From a virus (lineage: Duplodnaviria > Caudoviricetes), in the IMG/VR virus record IMGVR_UViG_3300032253_000232, positions 1 to 39,275 of that record: 39,275 bases of DNA. One strand, written 5' to 3'. Under the pieces are notes generated by a model. The model searched no databases. It saw only the letters and a program-made list of their open reading frames with translations, and was not told where the DNA came from. This document shows positions 36,389 through 39,275 of this stretch, piece after piece. Position 1 is the stretch's first letter. Every line of letters starts with the position of its first letter. The translations under genes and the position numbers were made by a program.

Positions 36389-36781
36389 ATGCAAAGTAAG
36401 TTTTATACACCTCTGAAAGTTGAAGTCTTGGCAGATGGCAGAAGACGAAAATTAATTGATGATCTAATTTATTATAGTGAATTATTAAATCAATATTTAT
36501 GTGTACCGGCTGACTTTATAACTGATTACGCTTCAATACCCCGTATTTTTTGGAACATATTACCACCTAGCGGGAAATACACGAAAGCAGCGGTATTGCA
36601 CGATTACATATATAACAGTGGTATTTTCAATAAAAAAACGGCAGATTCACTCTTCAAAGAAGCAATGAAAGCTCTTGAAGTTGATGGTTGGAAAGTTAAT
36701 GCAATGTATTACGGTGTGGATTGGTTTGGTTTTATGGCGTGGAACAATTATAGAAAGGAAAGCTCTAATGGTAACAAATAA
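36389..36781 (+). CDS. DUF1353 family protein
   Basis: VPADFITDYASIPRIFW...AAVLHDYIY...AD.LF.EAM. Confidence 0.9.
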   Translation: MQSKFYTPLKVEVLADGRRRKLIDDLIYYSELLNQYLCVPADFITDYASIPRIFWNILPPSGKYTKAAVLHDYIYNSGIFNKKTADSLFKEAMKALEVDGWKVNAMYYGVDWFGFMAWNNYRKESSNGNK

Positions 36782-37216
36782 TTCACTACCAACCCTAAAC
36801 GTGCTGTATCTTCCGTTTGTATCTGCCTTCGCTTGGTTGAACTTGTCATTAGAGTCTGTTTTCATTCTCTCGCTTTTACTCGCAATTGATTTTATTACCG
36901 GTCTTACCAAAGCGTGGATTTTAAAAAAGGACTAAGCAGCCAAAGAGCACTTAGAGGCATACTAACAAAAGGTTCTATCTTAGCCCTGGTTTTTGCACTG
37001 GCGCTGATGGCAAAAGGTTTAAAACTCGATAGTGATTTATATTTGTCTCTCTTTACCTCAATTTTGATTTTAAGTGAGACGTATTCTATTTTCGGGAATG
37101 TCTATTCAATCAAGACAAAAAAGGAGGTAGAAGAGTTTGATGCGGTGGCTATGGCGATTAAAAGTGCGAGGCTTGCTATTGCTAGATTTTTTATTTTAAA
37201 AAGGGATGAGTTGTGA
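36768..37216 (+). CDS. Holin (Phage_holin_4-like) split over two frames at ~36920-36929
   Basis: Frame 0 gives ...IDFITGLTKAWILKK; the -1 frame continues GLSSQRALRGILTK...SETYSIFGN; joined they form one holin. Confidence 0.8.
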
Positions 37217-37449
37217 AAAATATAATGATGATGATGTTATTTGTGATAGTTATTTTGTTGAGCGGTTGTGCATCTAACGATAAGGTTTACGGAGTTGCAA
37301 AAAGTGCTTACAAAGTTGGTGAAACAATAGCACCACTCGTTCCAATGGATGAGAAAACAAGAGCTACGCTGAGAACTGTAGATGCCGGAGCAAAGCTGTA
37401 TGACCAAGGTCGTACAGCGGTGCGTAGTGGGCAAGATAAAAAAAAGTAA
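37213..37449 (+). CDS. Lysis-cassette lipoprotein (spanin candidate)
   Basis: Lipobox LLSG-C; between holin and endolysin. Confidence 0.75.
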   Translation: MKNIMMMMLFVIVILLSGCASNDKVYGVAKSAYKVGETIAPLVPMDEKTRATLRTVDAGAKLYDQGRTAVRSGQDKKK

Positions 37450-37514
37450 AGTGTTCTCTGAATGTAAGGTTTAGGGATAGGTTTTTTATAAAATATAATT
37501 GTAGGTGGTAGAAG

Positions 37515-37925
37515 ATGAAAGATATTAATCCATTAATTGACAGTATTGAGCAACACGAAGGTTACAGAGGAGAGGCATATAAAGATACTTTAGGTTTTGA
37601 CACCATTGGAATGGGAACTAAACTCCCATTGTCGATGCGAGAGGCTAGACTGCTGCTACGCATTAGGTTAATGGATATGATAGAACATATAGAAGTGAGA
37701 AAACCTATTTTCAATAGAGTACCAATAGAAGTTCAAAATATCTTGGCAGAAATGGCTTACCAGTTAGGTGTAAGAGGGCTGTTGGGATTTAAAAAAATGT
37801 GGAAACATATTGAAGAGTATGAGTTTGCAGAAGCAAGTGTTGAAGGTTTAGATTCCAGGTGGGCTAAACAAACACCCAAGAGAGCTAATGAGCTGATGAA
37901 GAGGATGAGAGAGGTAGAAGGTTAG
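37515..37925 (+). CDS. Endolysin, T4-lysozyme-like (GH24)
   Basis: HEG...YKDTLG..TIG.G catalytic E-D-T; MAYQLG; DSRWAKQTPKRA. Confidence 0.92.
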   Translation: MKDINPLIDSIEQHEGYRGEAYKDTLGFDTIGMGTKLPLSMREARLLLRIRLMDMIEHIEVRKPIFNRVPIEVQNILAEMAYQLGVRGLLGFKKMWKHIEEYEFAEASVEGLDSRWAKQTPKRANELMKRMREVEG

Positions 37926-38037
37926 CCCTTCTTATCCCTTTTATTTTTTTGTTTACAAGCCTCAGAGCAGTATTTACTTTTGCCGGTCCCAACAAACGGT
38001 TTGTAGCAAACCTCGCAAAGTTTCTCAACTTGATTTT
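37922..38037 (-). pseudogene. 5'-truncated zinc-finger gene
   Basis: KLCEVCYKPFVGTGKSKYCSEACKQK; no in-frame ATG upstream. Confidence 0.6.
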
Positions 38038-38145
38038 TTGAAAAATATCGATGGTAAATTTTTAGTAAGCTACAATGACCATAAAGTTGTGAGGGAAATT
38101 TATATTACAAATTATGAGATAAAAGAGAATTTGTTTAGTCTTTAA
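38038..38145 (+). pseudogene. C-terminal remnant of a Dam-like (D12 class) adenine methyltransferase
   Basis: LKNIDGKFLVSYNDHKVVREIYITNY matches the GKF..SYND...RE and ITNY end motifs. Confidence 0.65.
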
Positions 38146-38163
38146 CAAAATGAATAATATTCT

Positions 38164-38182
38164 TTGTACCGTTTTTGTACCG
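38164..38182 (+). repeat. Putative integrase arm-type site
   Basis: Identical to 162-180. Confidence 0.7.
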
Positions 38183-38284
38183 TTTAATTGCAAGACTATT
38201 TCAACATAAATATCAAAAGTTTGTTTATAGAATAGCTATTTTCGAGTCTATCTTGCAACGCTCTTGCACAATTTTAAGTTTGGC

Positions 38285-38301
38285 TTAAGTCAATATAAAC
38301 A
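38285..38301 (+). repeat. attR core TTAAGTCAATATAAACA
   Basis: Identical to 111-127. Confidence 0.9.
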
Positions 38302-38354
38302 GCATTTTAGATAAAATACTAAAAAAATTAATGCAATAATTATCGGAGAATTTT

Positions 38355-39275
38355 ATGGACGCAGCCAAATATATTTGGATGAATGGAAAATTTATAGCGT
38401 GGGATGATGCTAAAATACACGTTCTTTCACATACATTGCATTATGGCAATGGTGTAATAGAGGGAACTAAGGCTTATAAAACTGAAAAAGGTTATGCTAT
38501 TTTTCGTCTAGATGAGCACACTAAAAGACTTAAAGAGTCTGCAAAAATGACTCTAATTGATATCCCTTATTCAGTAGATGAGATGAATAAAGCTCAAATA
38601 GAGCTAGTTAAAATGAATGAATTTACGCTTGACACTGTATATATTCGTCCCTTCGCATTTTTAGGTTATGGTGTTATGGGTGTTTATCATAAAGATGCAC
38701 CTGTTGAGACTGTAATGGCAGCTTGGCAGTGGGGTGCTTATCTTGGTGAAGATGCTCTTAAACATGGAATTAAACTAAAAATTGCTTCTATGACAAGACC
38801 TGCGAACACTTCAAATATGGGTAAGGCAAAGGCAAGTGCAAACTATTTAAACTCCCAAATGGCAAAGTATGAAGCAATTGATTGCGGATATGATGAGGCA
38901 CTGCTTCTTGATGATCAAGGTTATGTGGCAGAGGCTAGTGGCGCATGTTTTTTTATGGTTAAAAATGGAGAGTTGATTACTCCTCCGCATGACAACTCTT
39001 TAGCGTCTATAACGCAAAAGATGGTAATTGAGATGGCTGAAGATTTTGGTTACAAAGTTACTCGTCGTCGTATTACAAGAGAGGAAGTTTATGTGGCTGA
39101 TGAAGCGTTTTTAACAGGAACTGCAGCTGAGATAACACCAGTTGCACTTGTTGATGCAAGAGAGATTGGTTGTGGCTCTCGGGGAGAGATAACAGAGAAA
39201 ATTCAAAGCACTTACTTTGATATAGTTTTTGGGCGTAACAAAAAATACGAACATTACTTAACTTATATAGATTAG
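38355..39275 (+). CDS. ilvE: Branched-chain amino acid aminotransferase (host)
   Basis: LHYGNGVIEG, AKASANY (PLP Lys), EAFLTGTAAEITP. Confidence 0.97.
   Translation: MDAAKYIWMNGKFIAWDDAKIHVLSHTLHYGNGVIEGTKAYKTEKGYAIFRLDEHTKRLKESAKMTLIDIPYSVDEMNKAQIELVKMNEFTLDTVYIRPFAFLGYGVMGVYHKDAPVETVMAAWQWGAYLGEDALKHGIKLKIASMTRPANTSNMGKAKASANYLNSQMAKYEAIDCGYDEALLLDDQGYVAEASGACFFMVKNGELITPPHDNSLASITQKMVIEMAEDFGYKVTRRRITREEVYVADEAFLTGTAAEITPVALVDAREIGCGSRGEITEKIQSTYFDIVFGRNKKYEHYLTYID

Larger units (their letters stand above)
111..38301. mobile_element. Integrated temperate prophage (siphovirus-like, lambdoid organisation)
   Basis: Integrase at one end and lysis genes at the other; full head/tail module with 1376-aa tape measure and no sheath gene; flanked by a perfect 17-bp direct repeat; host ilvE follows. 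Confidence 0.95.

Noticed and set aside
36675-36767. Upstream extension of the holin ORF
   Set aside because: Lies inside the DUF1353 gene; the AAGGA RBS supports ATG 36768
551-37434. Many short opposite-strand ORFs in the track (e.g. 551-901, 911-1294, 19643-19981, 29378-29830, 31904-32272)
   Set aside because: Antisense shadows of well-supported genes, with no RBS or motifs
1-39275. tRNA, rRNA or IS elements
   Set aside because: No cloverleaf, rRNA-like sequence or transposase recognised by eye; tRNAscan-SE/Infernal not run

Overview
The window holds an apparently complete ~38.2 kb temperate siphovirus-like prophage in an AT-rich Campylobacterota (Sulfurimonas-like, inferred) chromosome. 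It is integrated at a 17-bp direct repeat (TTAAGTCAATATAAACA, 111-127 and 38285-38301) in the promoter region of the host gene ilvE. The layout is lambdoid: tyrosine integrase/xis; a leftward early operon (ssb, YopX, PD-(D/E)XK nucleases, RecT/RecE-like pair, hexapeptide-repeat protein); a cI/cro/cII switch with five 15-bp operators; replication, C5-methyltransferase and VRR-NUC genes; terminase, portal, a MuF head protein fused to an ADP-ribosyltransferase toxin, head and tail genes, and a lysis cassette. The most notable unannotated signals are: (i) four copies of a phage-specific late promoter, CCTCCCA-N20-TAC(A/C)AT, with invariant spacing; (ii) two adjacent lysis genes each ending at an in-frame A_AAA_AAG slippery site, where a -1 shift completes the holin and adds a Cys-bracketed, Trp-terminated amphipathic tail to the lipoprotein; (iii) a hidden 55-aa candidate antitoxin with its own promoter inside the MuF-ART toxin gene; (iv) a G9 tract in the methyltransferase; (v) structured leaders in both early operons sharing a hairpin. 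All family calls come from motif recognition by eye; no searches were run.
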